A DNA stretch of 64,000 nt from Neisseriaceae bacterium. Its GTDB lineage: Bacteria > Pseudomonadota > Gammaproteobacteria > Burkholderiales > UBA11063. Location of the stretch: positions 164,894 to 228,893 of the forward strand of contig RXJX01000014.1 in the NCBI GenBank assembly GCA_003963245.1, in the 5' to 3' direction. Below, piece by piece: positions 32,544 to 42,379 of this stretch. The stretch's first letter is position 1. Every line of letters starts with the position of its first letter. A model generated the notes under the pieces. The model searched no databases. It had not been told where the DNA came from and saw only the letters and a program-made list of their open reading frames with translations. The position numbers and the translations under genes were made by a program.

Positions 32544-33836
32544 ATGTCAAGTCGTGAACAACAAATCGCCGCCCTAGAACAAGATTGGAAAAATAATCCT
32601 CGTTGGACAGGAATCAAACGCAATTACACAGCTGAAGATGTAGTTCGCTTGCGCGGGTCACTCGCAGTTGAGCATACTATTGCTAAAACTGGCGCAATTA
32701 AATTATGGAATTTGGTTAACAATGAACCGTTCATCAATGCTCTTGGTGCGTTGACTGGTAACCAAGCAATGCAACAGGTCAAGGCTGGATTGAAAGCTAT
32801 TTATTTATCAGGCTGGCAAGTAGCAGGAGATGCCAATGTCGCAGGTGAAATGTATCCAGATCAATCTCTTTACCCAGCTAATTCAGTACCATTGGTGGTA
32901 AAAAGAATTAATAACACATTAACCCGCGCTGATCAGATTCAATGGTCAGAAGGCAAAAATGACATCGACTATTTTGCACCAATTGTAGCAGATGCCGAAG
33001 CTGGCTTTGGTGGTGTGTTGAATGCTTTTGAATTAATGAAAGCGATGATTGAAGCTGGTGCTTCAGGCGTACATTTTGAAGATCAATTAGCTTCAGTAAA
33101 AAAATGCGGTCACATGGGTGGAAAAGTATTGGTTCCAACGCGTGAAGCTGTTGAAAAATTAAATGCGGCGCGTTTAGCTGCTGATGTAATGGGTGTACCG
33201 ACTTTGATCGTTGCGCGCACTGATGCTGAGGCTGCTGATTTATTAACCTCAGATATAGATGCAAACGACAAACCATTTTTAACTGGTGAACGTACTGTTG
33301 AAGGTTTCTTCAAAACCAAACCAGGTTTAGAACAAGCAATCTCACGTGGTTTAGCTTACGCACCGTATGCAGATTTAGTATGGTGTGAGACTGGTAAGCC
33401 AGACTTAGCTTACGCTAAAGCATTTGCCGAAGCTATCCACGCTAAATTCCCAGGTAAATTATTGGCTTATAACTGCTCTCCATCATTCAACTGGAAGAAA
33501 AATCTGGATGATGCAACCATTGCTAAATTCCAAATTGAATTGGGTAAATTGGGTTATAAATTCCAATTCATTACCTTAGCTGGATTCCATTCATTAAATT
33601 ACAGTATGTTTAATTTAGCGCATGGCTATGCACGAAACCAAATGTCTGCATTCGTTGAATTGCAAGAAGCAGAATTTGCAGCTGCAGAAAAAGGCTTTAC
33701 TGCTGTTAAACATCAACGTGAAGTTGGTACTGGTTATTTTGATGCTGTAACTCAAGCAATTCAGCAAGGACAGTCTTCTACTACAGCGCTGCATGGTTCG
33801 ACGGAAGATGAACAGTTCTTTGAAGCTAAACATTAA
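32544..33836 (+). CDS. aceA: Isocitrate lyase
   Basis: KKCGHMGGK signature; DAEAGFGG motif. Confidence 0.98.
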   Translation: MSSREQQIAALEQDWKNNPRWTGIKRNYTAEDVVRLRGSLAVEHTIAKTGAIKLWNLVNNEPFINALGALTGNQAMQQVKAGLKAIYLSGWQVAGDANVAGEMYPDQSLYPANSVPLVVKRINNTLTRADQIQWSEGKNDIDYFAPIVADAEAGFGGVLNAFELMKAMIEAGASGVHFEDQLASVKKCGHMGGKVLVPTREAVEKLNAARLAADVMGVPTLIVARTDAEAADLLTSDIDANDKPFLTGERTVEGFFKTKPGLEQAISRGLAYAPYADLVWCETGKPDLAYAKAFAEAIHAKFPGKLLAYNCSPSFNWKKNLDDATIAKFQIELGKLGYKFQFITLAGFHSLNYSMFNLAHGYARNQMSAFVELQEAEFAAAEKGFTAVKHQREVGTGYFDAVTQAIQQGQSSTTALHGSTEDEQFFEAKH

Positions 33837-33937
33837 TACTCCGAGTATTATTTTAATGCTGGAATTTTAAATTTTGAATACCGTTGGTTAATCTTGCCAG
33901 CGGTATTTTTATTAAAGAATATAAAGGATATACAATC

Positions 33938-35524
33938 ATGACTTCAATCAAACTACCTCATGGTATGGAAATCAATGCGCCAATTAATGCTGACTATGCC
34001 AAAATTTTAACTCCTGAAGCATTAGAGTTAGTAGCAAAACTAAGCCGCAAATTTGAGCCCCGTCGTCAGGAACTACTAGCAGCACGCGTTATCCGTGCTA
34101 AAGAGTTGGACGATGGCGCATTACCAGATTTTTTACCAGAAACTAAATCAATCCGCGAAAGCAACTGGACAATTGCACCGATTCCTAAAGCATTAGAATG
34201 TCGTCGCGTGGAAATAACCGGACCAGTTGAGCGTAAAATGGTAATTAATGCACTTAATTCAGGTGCTGATAGTTACATGACGGATTTCGAAGATTCAAAT
34301 ACGCCAAATTGGGATAATCAAATCACTGGGCAACTCAATATGATTGAGGCAGTGCGTAAAACAATTAGCCTAGAGCAAAATGGTAAAACTTATAAACTTA
34401 ATGATAAAACCGCAACTTTGGTAGTTCGTCCGCGTGGTTGGCATTTAGATGAAAAACATGTTTTAGTTGATGGTAAACGTGTTTCTGGTGGGATCTTTGA
34501 TTTTGCCTTATTCATGTATCATAATGCCAAAGAACAGTTGGCACGTGGCGCAGGACCATATTTCTATCTACCAAAAATGGAATCTCATCTTGAAGCGCGT
34601 TTATGGAATGACATTTTTATTATGACTCAGCAAGAATTAGGAATCCCTCAAGGTAGCATCAAGGCAACCGTATTGATTGAGACGATTTTAGCTGCCTTTG
34701 AGATGGATGAAATCCTTTATGAATTACGCGAACATTCATCAGGACTAAATGCTGGACGTTGGGATTATATTTTTAGTGGAATCAAAAAATTCAAGCTTAA
34801 CAAAGACTTCTGTTTAGCAGACCGCGCAAAAGTAACCATGACTGCACCATTTATGCGTGCCTATGCCCTGCTCTTGCTTAAAACCTGCCATAAACGTAAT
34901 GCACCGGCAATCGGTGGGATGTCTGCGCTAATTCCGATTAAAAACGATCCAGAGAAAAATGAAATCGCAATGGGTGGAGTTCGTTCGGATAAAGCCCGTG
35001 ATGCAACGGATGGTTATGATGGTGGTTGGGTAGCACATCCTGGATTAGTTGAATTAGCGATGACAGAATTTACCAAAGTATTAGGCGATCAACCCAATCA
35101 AATTGCTAAAAAACGTGATGATGTGGTGGTAACAGCTGCAGAATTACTTGAATTTAAGCCAGAGACCCCAATTACTGAAGCTGGACTACGTTACAATATC
35201 AATGTCGGGATTCATTATTTAGGATCATGGTTAGCTGGTAATGGTTGCGTGCCAATTCATAATCTAATGGAAGATGCAGCAACGGCAGAAATTAGCCGTT
35301 CACAAGTATGGCAATGGATTCGCTCGCCTAAAGGCATTTTGGAAGACGGACGTAAAGTAACGGCAGACATGGTGCGCGCAATGATTCCTGAAGAATTAAC
35401 CAAGGTTAAAGCAGTAGTTGGTAACAGTAGGACTTATGATCGCGCTGCGGTAATTTTTGAAGAAATGTCAACTTCTGCAACTTTTGCCGAATTCTTGACA
35501 TTGCCATTATACGAAGAAATTTAA
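33938..35524 (+). CDS. aceB: Malate synthase A
   Basis: RRVEITGP, DFEDS, LNAGRWDY and LMEDAATAEI motifs; ATG at 33938 after an AAGGA RBS. Confidence 0.97.
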   Translation: MTSIKLPHGMEINAPINADYAKILTPEALELVAKLSRKFEPRRQELLAARVIRAKELDDGALPDFLPETKSIRESNWTIAPIPKALECRRVEITGPVERKMVINALNSGADSYMTDFEDSNTPNWDNQITGQLNMIEAVRKTISLEQNGKTYKLNDKTATLVVRPRGWHLDEKHVLVDGKRVSGGIFDFALFMYHNAKEQLARGAGPYFYLPKMESHLEARLWNDIFIMTQQELGIPQGSIKATVLIETILAAFEMDEILYELREHSSGLNAGRWDYIFSGIKKFKLNKDFCLADRAKVTMTAPFMRAYALLLLKTCHKRNAPAIGGMSALIPIKNDPEKNEIAMGGVRSDKARDATDGYDGGWVAHPGLVELAMTEFTKVLGDQPNQIAKKRDDVVVTAAELLEFKPETPITEAGLRYNINVGIHYLGSWLAGNGCVPIHNLMEDAATAEISRSQVWQWIRSPKGILEDGRKVTADMVRAMIPEELTKVKAVVGNSRTYDRAAVIFEEMSTSATFAEFLTLPLYEEI

Positions 35525-35527
35525 TCG

Positions 35528-35632
35528 ATACTCAATCAGATTCATCATACTGGGTCGTTGCCAAGCTCTTCACTTACTAGTTGTAGGCTTCGTCGCTTGT
35601 CGCCTACCAGCGTTTCAAATCAGTTTGAGTGT
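35528..35632. repeat. ~105-bp imperfect palindromic element directly after the aceB stop
   Basis: Outer arms ATACTCAATCAGATT/AATCAGTTTGAGTGT (12/15); the minus-strand core GCCTAC-aacta-GTAAGTGA resembles the core of the 4797-4921 element. Confidence 0.6.
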
Positions 35633-35663
35633 TATTGGGGGCATAACGCCCCAAAAAGATAAG

Positions 35664-35683
35664 ATTTTCTGTTAAAATAGCGC
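35664..35683 (+). repeat. attL core
   Basis: ATTTTCTGTTAAAATAGCGC, identical to 54107-54126. Confidence 0.88.
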
Positions 35684-35706
35684 AAATAACAGAATTAATT
35701 AACGGA

Positions 35707-35732
35707 CATATGTCACTATCATGTGTTACTAT
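35707..35732 (+). promoter_or_regulatory. Candidate arm-type integrase binding sites (tandem 13-mers)
   Basis: CATATGTCACTAT/CATGTGTTACTAT (11/13); inverted partners TGACATAT at 35863-35870 and AGTGACATAT at 53923-53932. Confidence 0.45.
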
Positions 35733-35744
35733 GTTCGTTATTGA

Positions 35745-35773
35745 TTGTTGAGTTTTTGTTTTTTTGATATAAT
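35745..35773 (+). promoter_or_regulatory. Sigma70 promoter inside the left end of the element
   Basis: TTGTTG-17 nt-TATAAT with an extended TG. Confidence 0.55.
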
Positions 35774-35888
35774 CTTTGTTGTAGCTTATAGTATTTATGA
35801 TTTTGATCCTGTGTGCTAGGGTTAATTAATTGTTACGAGAACTGCTAATTCTCGCACAATCATGACATATTTTAAGTTTCGAAAAATG

Positions 35889-35920
35889 CCCGAATAGACT
35901 CAAATCTATTCGGGTTTGTT
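35889..35920 (+). terminator. Intrinsic terminator upstream of the integrase
   Basis: Perfect 10-bp stem CCCGAATAGA-ctcaaa-TCTATTCGGG followed by TTTGTT. Confidence 0.65.
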
Positions 35921-36052
35921 CTCCTAACCCCTAAATTTATCATATTTTTATTTTTTTGTTAAAAAAATTTTTATTTTTGGTTGACATACTACATTCAAAA
36001 TTCATAAACTGAAATATATTATAACTTATTCATCAATTTAGAGTGTTTATAT

Positions 36053-37177
36053 ATGTTTCCAGAATCAGAATTGATTTTACCGCTAAAACTAGCATTTAGA
36101 GATCTTAATCATAACGCTACCACCGATGCTGACGCTTGCCAGTTGATAACATGGCTAAAAGAAAATAACAATTGTGCCAAGGCAACTGCAAGAGTGTACC
36201 GTACTATTATTTTACGTTTTTATCTTTATGTGAAGTTTGATCAAAAATTAACATTAGATCAAGTAAAGCGCGGTAACATCATAGATTATCAGATTTTTTT
36301 AAGAAATCCGCCTAAGGAATGGCAAGGTACCTTTCGCCCGCTTGAACATCAATTATGGCGTCCATTTTCATGCAAAAAACTAATCTCAAAAACGATTGCT
36401 TACAACGTTCAGGTTATACAGCAATTATTTTTGTATCTGAAAAATACTGAATATCTGAAATCAACGCCAGCAGCAATACCATTGAAAGTCAAATATGATA
36501 AAGATAGTGATAGCATCCTTAATAAATATTTTACAGAGAAAGAATATCCACAAATAAGTGCTTTCATTAAAAATCAGACAACAAAGACTGATAAGCAGGA
36601 AGAATTAAAGGTCCGTGGTACATGGATATTTAGCCTTTTAATTGGAACCGGAGCTCGAAGATCTGAAGTTGCAAATGCAACAATGAATGATGTAGTATTC
36701 AATGAAGATAGAATATGGCTTAAGGTTCTTGGAAAAGGAAATAAATCTGGAACAATTCCCATTACAAATCAAATTGAGATGGCTCTTAATGAGTACCGTG
36801 CATACTATAATCTGCCACCAATTAGGCAGAGAATAGAATCAGAAAAAAATATTCCGTTAATAATAAAAACTTTCAAAAACGGGAAATACATGACATTTAA
36901 TAGTGCTTTAATAGGCTGGCAGTTGAAGAAAATTGGGCAAGACATGATAAAATCCAAACTAGATATTTGTCACTCTTTCCGAACTAAGCTACAGAATATT
37001 TCTACTCACTGGATGCGGCATACTTCTGCAACAATCCAAGCCAACTGTGGCATAGATATCAGATATGTTCAAAAAAATCTTCGACATGCATCAATTGAAA
37101 CAACAATGAGATACCAACATGTGGAAAAAAATGTACAGCATTTAGAGACCTGCAGTAAATTTGTACTTGATTTGTAA
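36053..37177 (+). CDS. Tyrosine recombinase/integrase
   Basis: Catalytic R (TGARRSE), K (GKGNK), HxxR (HWMRH), H (LRHAS) and Y (TMRY); N-terminal SAM-like region with WRPF. Confidence 0.93.
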   Translation: MFPESELILPLKLAFRDLNHNATTDADACQLITWLKENNNCAKATARVYRTIILRFYLYVKFDQKLTLDQVKRGNIIDYQIFLRNPPKEWQGTFRPLEHQLWRPFSCKKLISKTIAYNVQVIQQLFLYLKNTEYLKSTPAAIPLKVKYDKDSDSILNKYFTEKEYPQISAFIKNQTTKTDKQEELKVRGTWIFSLLIGTGARRSEVANATMNDVVFNEDRIWLKVLGKGNKSGTIPITNQIEMALNEYRAYYNLPPIRQRIESEKNIPLIIKTFKNGKYMTFNSALIGWQLKKIGQDMIKSKLDICHSFRTKLQNISTHWMRHTSATIQANCGIDIRYVQKNLRHASIETTMRYQHVEKNVQHLETCSKFVLDL

Positions 37178-37273
37178 TTTATCAGACAATACCTGTGCTT
37201 TTATGAAATTATATTAAAAAATCAAAGATACGTAATTGTTTAGGTTAATTATAATTTTTAAAAAGAGATTATT

Positions 37274-38830
37274 ATGAAAATATTGAAACATTGTTTGACG
37301 CTTCTGATTCCTGTGATTGTTACAGCATGTAATGGTGGTGGCGCTTCTGGTGATAGCCCTGCACCAACTCCTACTCAGGCACCAACTCCTACTCCAACCA
37401 CTATCGCTCCATTACAGGTTGAAGTTGTACAACAAACAGCGGATCTAGGAACAGTTAATTGGATTGATTTACGGAAAGTTGGAAGCACTACTAATTTTAA
37501 ACTTAAATTTACCAATACAAATAGTGTGCCAGTTGGGTTTTATGGTGATTCAATTGTAGGTGAAAGCAAAGAGCAGATAAATTTTTTAAATCTTCAAATT
37601 AACTCCATGCATAATATATATTTTGCCAATAATTCATCAACAGACTCTAGTAATTGTGCTTATTATCAACTTCTTAATGGGTATAAAACAACTGAATCTG
37701 GTAAAACAATTTACAACTGGCAAAACGGTAACTCCATGCTTAATCCTGGACAATCTTGTTATTTCAACGTTTTTGCCTACTCTTTTCTCAATATGACTGA
37801 ATCTGATATTTTTAATGTCGCGTTATATTATAACTTACATACCAGTAAATATGACCCGAATGGACTATACAACACGGCAGATTATACAAAATATTACGAG
37901 TCGAACATCATTAACATGAAGCTAGTAAAACTAACGCCTGTTAACGATACTGTAACTAAATCTGTATTCTGGGGTAGCTCTCCAACTATCTCGTTAGATG
38001 GGAAGTATGCTGCTACATCTTCTGTATCTGGTAGTAATGTAACTGTCACTCGATACAATGTTAGCTATGATAATGTTAATGGATTAAATTACACCTCACC
38101 AATCACATTTGTGGTTCCAAATTGTAACTATGCTGGATATGGCGGTATTGGAGCCGCATCATTATCTCCAACCGGTGATGCCGCATTTGTTTCATGTTCT
38201 TATTCAGATCAGCAATGGGTACAAATTTGGAAAATTAATTCCGATGCAACTGCACAATATGAATCATACCTGAATTATTATGGAGCATATTGGATTAGCG
38301 GTTTTGACTATAATGTTTATGCGACACCATCTTATAATGCTACAGCATTTTTTAAATTCAATAATAATAGCTACCAGTTTAGTTCAACTGGCCTCATTAA
38401 CCCGCTCACTTACTTTACAAGTGAGATTAATACCGATGGTACAATTATTCAAGCTAACGGTAGCTATAACTGGCAATGTTTAAATAGTGATGGTAGTGTA
38501 GTTCCTTTAACTGGTTTAGGAGATAATTTCAATGTTTATAACTATAATAATTCAGACTATTTAACTAATTTAGATACAGCACGATTGAGCATTAAATTAC
38601 AATATCCATCAATTCCAATTGAACAATATTCTGATGGCACGGTTTTTAAATATCAACCAAACCTAGTAGGATTAGCAAAAGTTAATACGAGTAATGGTAA
38701 CTGTTATATTGAAAGCAATAACTTTATAAACACTACACAAACAATCGCATTTTACATAACTCCAGATTATGTTGCTATTCCTTACGATGGTACCATATAC
38801 GTCACCAGCAGCAACAATCTAGCTAAGTAA
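37274..38830 (+). CDS. Hypothetical surface lipoprotein with a Pro/Thr linker
   Basis: Lipobox VTAC; PAPTPTQAPTPTPT linker (16-bp DNA repeat at 37361 and 37379); Tyr/Asn-rich beta-structured body. Confidence 0.75.
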   Translation: MKILKHCLTLLIPVIVTACNGGGASGDSPAPTPTQAPTPTPTTIAPLQVEVVQQTADLGTVNWIDLRKVGSTTNFKLKFTNTNSVPVGFYGDSIVGESKEQINFLNLQINSMHNIYFANNSSTDSSNCAYYQLLNGYKTTESGKTIYNWQNGNSMLNPGQSCYFNVFAYSFLNMTESDIFNVALYYNLHTSKYDPNGLYNTADYTKYYESNIINMKLVKLTPVNDTVTKSVFWGSSPTISLDGKYAATSSVSGSNVTVTRYNVSYDNVNGLNYTSPITFVVPNCNYAGYGGIGAASLSPTGDAAFVSCSYSDQQWVQIWKINSDATAQYESYLNYYGAYWISGFDYNVYATPSYNATAFFKFNNNSYQFSSTGLINPLTYFTSEINTDGTIIQANGSYNWQCLNSDGSVVPLTGLGDNFNVYNYNNSDYLTNLDTARLSIKLQYPSIPIEQYSDGTVFKYQPNLVGLAKVNTSNGNCYIESNNFINTTQTIAFYITPDYVAIPYDGTIYVTSSNNLAK

Positions 38831-38835
38831 CCAAA

Positions 38836-38860
38836 AAAGAGCTTCAACAAGAAGCTCTTT
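38836..38860. terminator. Bidirectional terminator between the convergent lipoprotein and PilV-like genes
   Basis: AAAGAGCTTC-aacaa-GAAGCTCTTT with A and T tails. Confidence 0.7.
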
Positions 38861-38866
38861 ATTTTA

Positions 38867-40615
38867 TTACGGTGTCTGGGTATTAAGTTTGGAGGGATCA
38901 TTGGTTATAGTTACATAGTCAAGATTAACAATATGGCTTAATCTAGTTCCGCCATTAGTGTACCAACCGGAGCACCAAGCTGGTGAACCCCATGAATACG
39001 ACTGAAAATTATATTGCTGGGCATTAATTGTAACTGGCACGCCATGACTATTATACGTATATCTTCCACCACCGCCAACATAACTTGCACCTAAATAGCG
39101 CCATGCACCATAACCTCGTTCAGTATCCATAAACCCTCCTTTTTGGTCGCAACCAACAGCAAGATTGTTTGGTGATGGATTGTCACCACATCCAGCTCCT
39201 GGACAATTAGTTATCGCATATGGTGCATTGGGTTGGAATGGATCACTGGTTTCATAATTAATGATAAAGAAGCCTTTAGGAGCCGTATAAGTAGTTGGAT
39301 TGCTCGGATGCGTCCTTATCACTACATTACTGGTAGGGAGGTAACAATAGCCATCATCTGATGAGCAGAGAGGGTTGTACTGGCACATTACTTGTGCTGT
39401 AAATAACTTGGTGTACTGTCCATCATCTGGTTGCATTTGGGCAATGCGGCCAATATTTTCTTTGTGGTATTGATCACAGGTTAGGCTTGATCCTTGTGCG
39501 CTTCCGTCTGTATCTACTGGAATCTTGAGCGTTGGTTGTAATGATAAAACTTGCAAAGAGCCAACGTACGGATTTTGATTAGGGTTATTATTTGGAGCAT
39601 TTGCGCTCTTATTGAATCCTGTTATTTGAACAACTTTTCTGCCGTCATTAGAGGTTGAATAGGCGATTGAGAGTTGTTTGTTAATATTATTTTCCGTATC
39701 TAAACATTGAGAGTCCGATGGTGGACAATTTGGATTATTTTGGAATATTAAGGCGTAATGCTTATTGTATAGAAGGTGTGGTCCTTTTGGCGCTTCCGGA
39801 TTAGGGTGATCCGCACTATTATCCCCTGTTGCATCCATGATTAACTGACCTGTCATAACATTACCATTATCCTTATCGTCTGGATTATCCGTACCATTAT
39901 CAGTAAATCTATGAACAGCGTTATCTGGCTGCAGCATGTCATTATTACGTGACATCCCTATAAGATTAAGTAGAATGCTGTTGTTAGCAATTGAGTTACC
40001 AGCACACTTATAACTATTCTCATTAAGTCCTGTTTGGTCCATATATATATTTTGCGATTGAGATATTTGGTATGGATTAATGACTTTAGTATTATTAAGC
40101 CATAAATCTGGGTTTAAGTTCCAACCTCTACCGTTACTATATATATTATTATCAATAACTGAACCAGCAACATTACCTAGTTGATTAAGCGCAGCACTAA
40201 TTTCTCTTGTGCTCATTGCTTGGGTTTTAGTTGTACTATCACCGCGAAGGACAATTACACCTTGCACCATATTGTTACTGTCTAACGATATCTCTAAACA
40301 TGGAATTTGCTTATAGTTAGTGAGTAATGGCGTATTTTTAGATACATAAGCTTGATCAATTAATGTTTGAATCGGAATCTGGATCTGTGAACCTTGAGCG
40401 CTATTCTGCAGCACGTTGGATAACGCCGTAAAATTATTGGTTATGTACCTTGAATATGCAACAGCAATTGGCTGTAGTGAATTAGCTAGTTTTTCTCCTT
40501 TGTCTTTAAGATAATAATTCTTAATAATAGGATAAGTTGCAGCAGATAAGATCCCAATAATCATTAATGAAATGGAAAGCTCTATAAGAGTGAAACCTGA
40601 ATATTTACTTCTCAT
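38867..40615 (-). CDS. Shufflon-PilV-like pilus tip adhesin (prepilin N-terminus)
   Basis: Class III signal G|FTLIEL plus a TM helix; N-terminal domain pattern AYSRYITNNF...IQTLIDQAYV...QGVIVLRG...LNQLGNVAGSV resembles R64 PilV; Cys/Gly/Trp-rich C-terminal domain. Confidence 0.75.
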   Translation of the reverse strand: MRSKYSGFTLIELSISLMIIGILSAATYPIIKNYYLKDKGEKLANSLQPIAVAYSRYITNNFTALSNVLQNSAQGSQIQIPIQTLIDQAYVSKNTPLLTNYKQIPCLEISLDSNNMVQGVIVLRGDSTTKTQAMSTREISAALNQLGNVAGSVIDNNIYSNGRGWNLNPDLWLNNTKVINPYQISQSQNIYMDQTGLNENSYKCAGNSIANNSILLNLIGMSRNNDMLQPDNAVHRFTDNGTDNPDDKDNGNVMTGQLIMDATGDNSADHPNPEAPKGPHLLYNKHYALIFQNNPNCPPSDSQCLDTENNINKQLSIAYSTSNDGRKVVQITGFNKSANAPNNNPNQNPYVGSLQVLSLQPTLKIPVDTDGSAQGSSLTCDQYHKENIGRIAQMQPDDGQYTKLFTAQVMCQYNPLCSSDDGYCYLPTSNVVIRTHPSNPTTYTAPKGFFIINYETSDPFQPNAPYAITNCPGAGCGDNPSPNNLAVGCDQKGGFMDTERGYGAWRYLGASYVGGGGRYTYNSHGVPVTINAQQYNFQSYSWGSPAWCSGWYTNGGTRLSHIVNLDYVTITNDPSKLNTQTP

Positions 40616-41031
40616 TTATTTCTCCGCTTCTCGAACATTCTTCTTTGTCCTTGGTCAATGATCTCTTGGAATTCGGTGCCGTACAATCCACTATATGATA
40701 TTGTCTCTATTTTTTTTCCGATTTTTGCTTCGATTTCTTCGAGCTTTTTATTAAATTCCATAATGTAAAAACAAAACAATGCTTTATGTGCTGATCTTAG
40801 TGCTACACCGTCGAATCTATCTTGACCTAATACCAAGGGTACCAACGCACCCCACTGATATATTCGGTGATTACGTTCTTTACGTGCTTTGGCTTTATCA
40901 GCTTTTTGTTTTTCTTTTTCTTTTTGAGCATTCAATTGATTTTCGAGTTTTTCTTTCGCTTTTTGAATTTTATTAAGTTCGCGATTAACCAGTTTAATCT
41001 TCTGTTTTGTTTCATTTAATTTATCGTTCAT
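40612..41031 (-). CDS. Mobilization helper protein (TraD/MobC-like coiled coil)
   Basis: N-terminal coiled coil then RKERNHRIYQWGALV, similar to TraD-type RxxRLIxLGGLV; directly downstream of the relaxase. Confidence 0.6.
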   Translation of the reverse strand: MNDKLNETKQKIKLVNRELNKIQKAKEKLENQLNAQKEKEKQKADKAKARKERNHRIYQWGALVPLVLGQDRFDGVALRSAHKALFCFYIMEFNKKLEEIEAKIGKKIETISYSGLYGTEFQEIIDQGQRRMFEKRRNK

Positions 41032-41049
41032 GATTTTCCCTTTTAATTA

Positions 41050-42363
41050 TTAATTCATGATTCCTATGATGTCTAATTTGTGTTTTTGTTTGCTTTTTTG
41101 TAATTTTTTGGTTTCAAGTTTTTTTTGATGATCTTGGTTTTTTAATTCTACGTTTTTATATTTTTCATTATTTGCAATTATATCAATAGCTTGATCGATA
41201 AATCCATCGTTACCAACCAAATTTAATTGATTGCCGAACTGACGTTGTGCTAATTCGATTGCTAATTCAATTGATGGCCTTGAATCTGGATCCATAATCT
41301 GAATTTCTTTTTTTGAATACTTTATTTTTTTGTCTTTCGTTATCCAGATTGGAGTTTTATTTATGTGATCATAATACCGTGTGAAGTATTGGCCATATTC
41401 ACGAGCGAAATCAAATAATACAATTAAATCAGTAGAATATATGCATGCATGTTTTTTTATGTATTTTCTTTTTTTTGTTTTTTCATTATTGATTGGATCT
41501 GGGGATTGTCTTTTTGTTTCATTTATTTTAATTTCTTTTTTTAATTCTTTTTCAATTTCATTTTTTTCTTTTTCTAATTTTTTAGCTTTTTTTTGCCAAT
41601 ATTTTTTTGAAAAATTCAAATTAAATAATTCTCGATAGTATTGGTCAATTTGGCGATTGTGGTCGCCATTATTGGTTTGAATTCCTTGGCGTTCTAGTTG
41701 TGTAGCCTCCCGACCTAGGTGCTTTTTGACTGTTTGTCGGTCCAGTTTCTTTGAGCAACACACTTCTTGGTCAACTCCAGCCAGTTGGAGGTGCCGATTC
41801 TGAATTGTCTCCCAGTCTAGTCTTATTTGTTTAATTTGATCTTGGGTTATAGCCTTACCCTCCTTAATTAATCGTCCATTATCTAGTTCTATGTCAGTCT
41901 TAGCCTTGAGTTGGTATGTGTTAGAGTCGAATATTCTAGTTGTGGTTAATATGTGTGCATGCACATTACCATTATCATCAGATTCATTGTGGATGGCCCA
42001 GTCCGCGACATTCTTGTATCGTGACGTAATTAGCCGTGCGAATTCCCTAGTTAGCTCAATATTCTGTCTAATGGTTAACTCCTGAGGCAGTGCGATTACA
42101 TACTCCCGAGCAGTTCTACTGTTGCTTCGATTATCCGCAGCCTCCGCAGCATTCCATATCTCTGACCGATGTATTGTGTCAATAGTTGTATCTCCATGCG
42201 TAATCTCACTCCACATCAGATCTGTCGACTTCCTGGTGTAGTTATGAATTTTAGATGTGCGGTCGTCGGTGATTATGGCTCGCGCGATGTACGCAATCTT
42301 GGCCGTCGCTGAATGTCCGTCACTGCGCGACACAGTCTTAATTTGCAGGTTATATATAGCCAT
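41050..42363 (-). CDS. mobA: MobA/MobL (MOBQ) relaxase with an LPD7-like C-terminal domain
   Basis: ATG at 42363: MAIYNLQIKTVSRSDGHSATAKIAY (catalytic Tyr), AREYVIALPQEL, WAIHN...NVHAHIL HUH motif; C-terminal IELAIELAQRQFGNQLNLVGNDGF. Confidence 0.9.
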   Translation of the reverse strand: MAIYNLQIKTVSRSDGHSATAKIAYIARAIITDDRTSKIHNYTRKSTDLMWSEITHGDTTIDTIHRSEIWNAAEAADNRSNSRTAREYVIALPQELTIRQNIELTREFARLITSRYKNVADWAIHNESDDNGNVHAHILTTTRIFDSNTYQLKAKTDIELDNGRLIKEGKAITQDQIKQIRLDWETIQNRHLQLAGVDQEVCCSKKLDRQTVKKHLGREATQLERQGIQTNNGDHNRQIDQYYRELFNLNFSKKYWQKKAKKLEKEKNEIEKELKKEIKINETKRQSPDPINNEKTKKRKYIKKHACIYSTDLIVLFDFAREYGQYFTRYYDHINKTPIWITKDKKIKYSKKEIQIMDPDSRPSIELAIELAQRQFGNQLNLVGNDGFIDQAIDIIANNEKYKNVELKNQDHQKKLETKKLQKSKQKHKLDIIGIMN

Positions 42364-42379
42364 TTTTCCTTTCCTTTTT

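Noticed and set aside
35640-36050. tRNA/tmRNA/SRP RNA as the integration target
   Set aside because: No cloverleaf or GTTCGA T-loop was seen at either end; the att core is intergenic.
36053-40615. Shufflon (PilV plus a nearby tyrosine recombinase as Rci)
   Set aside because: No repeated sfx-like sites or alternative C-terminal cassettes were found. The intervening gene has its own signal peptide, and the recombinase is better explained by the att repeats.
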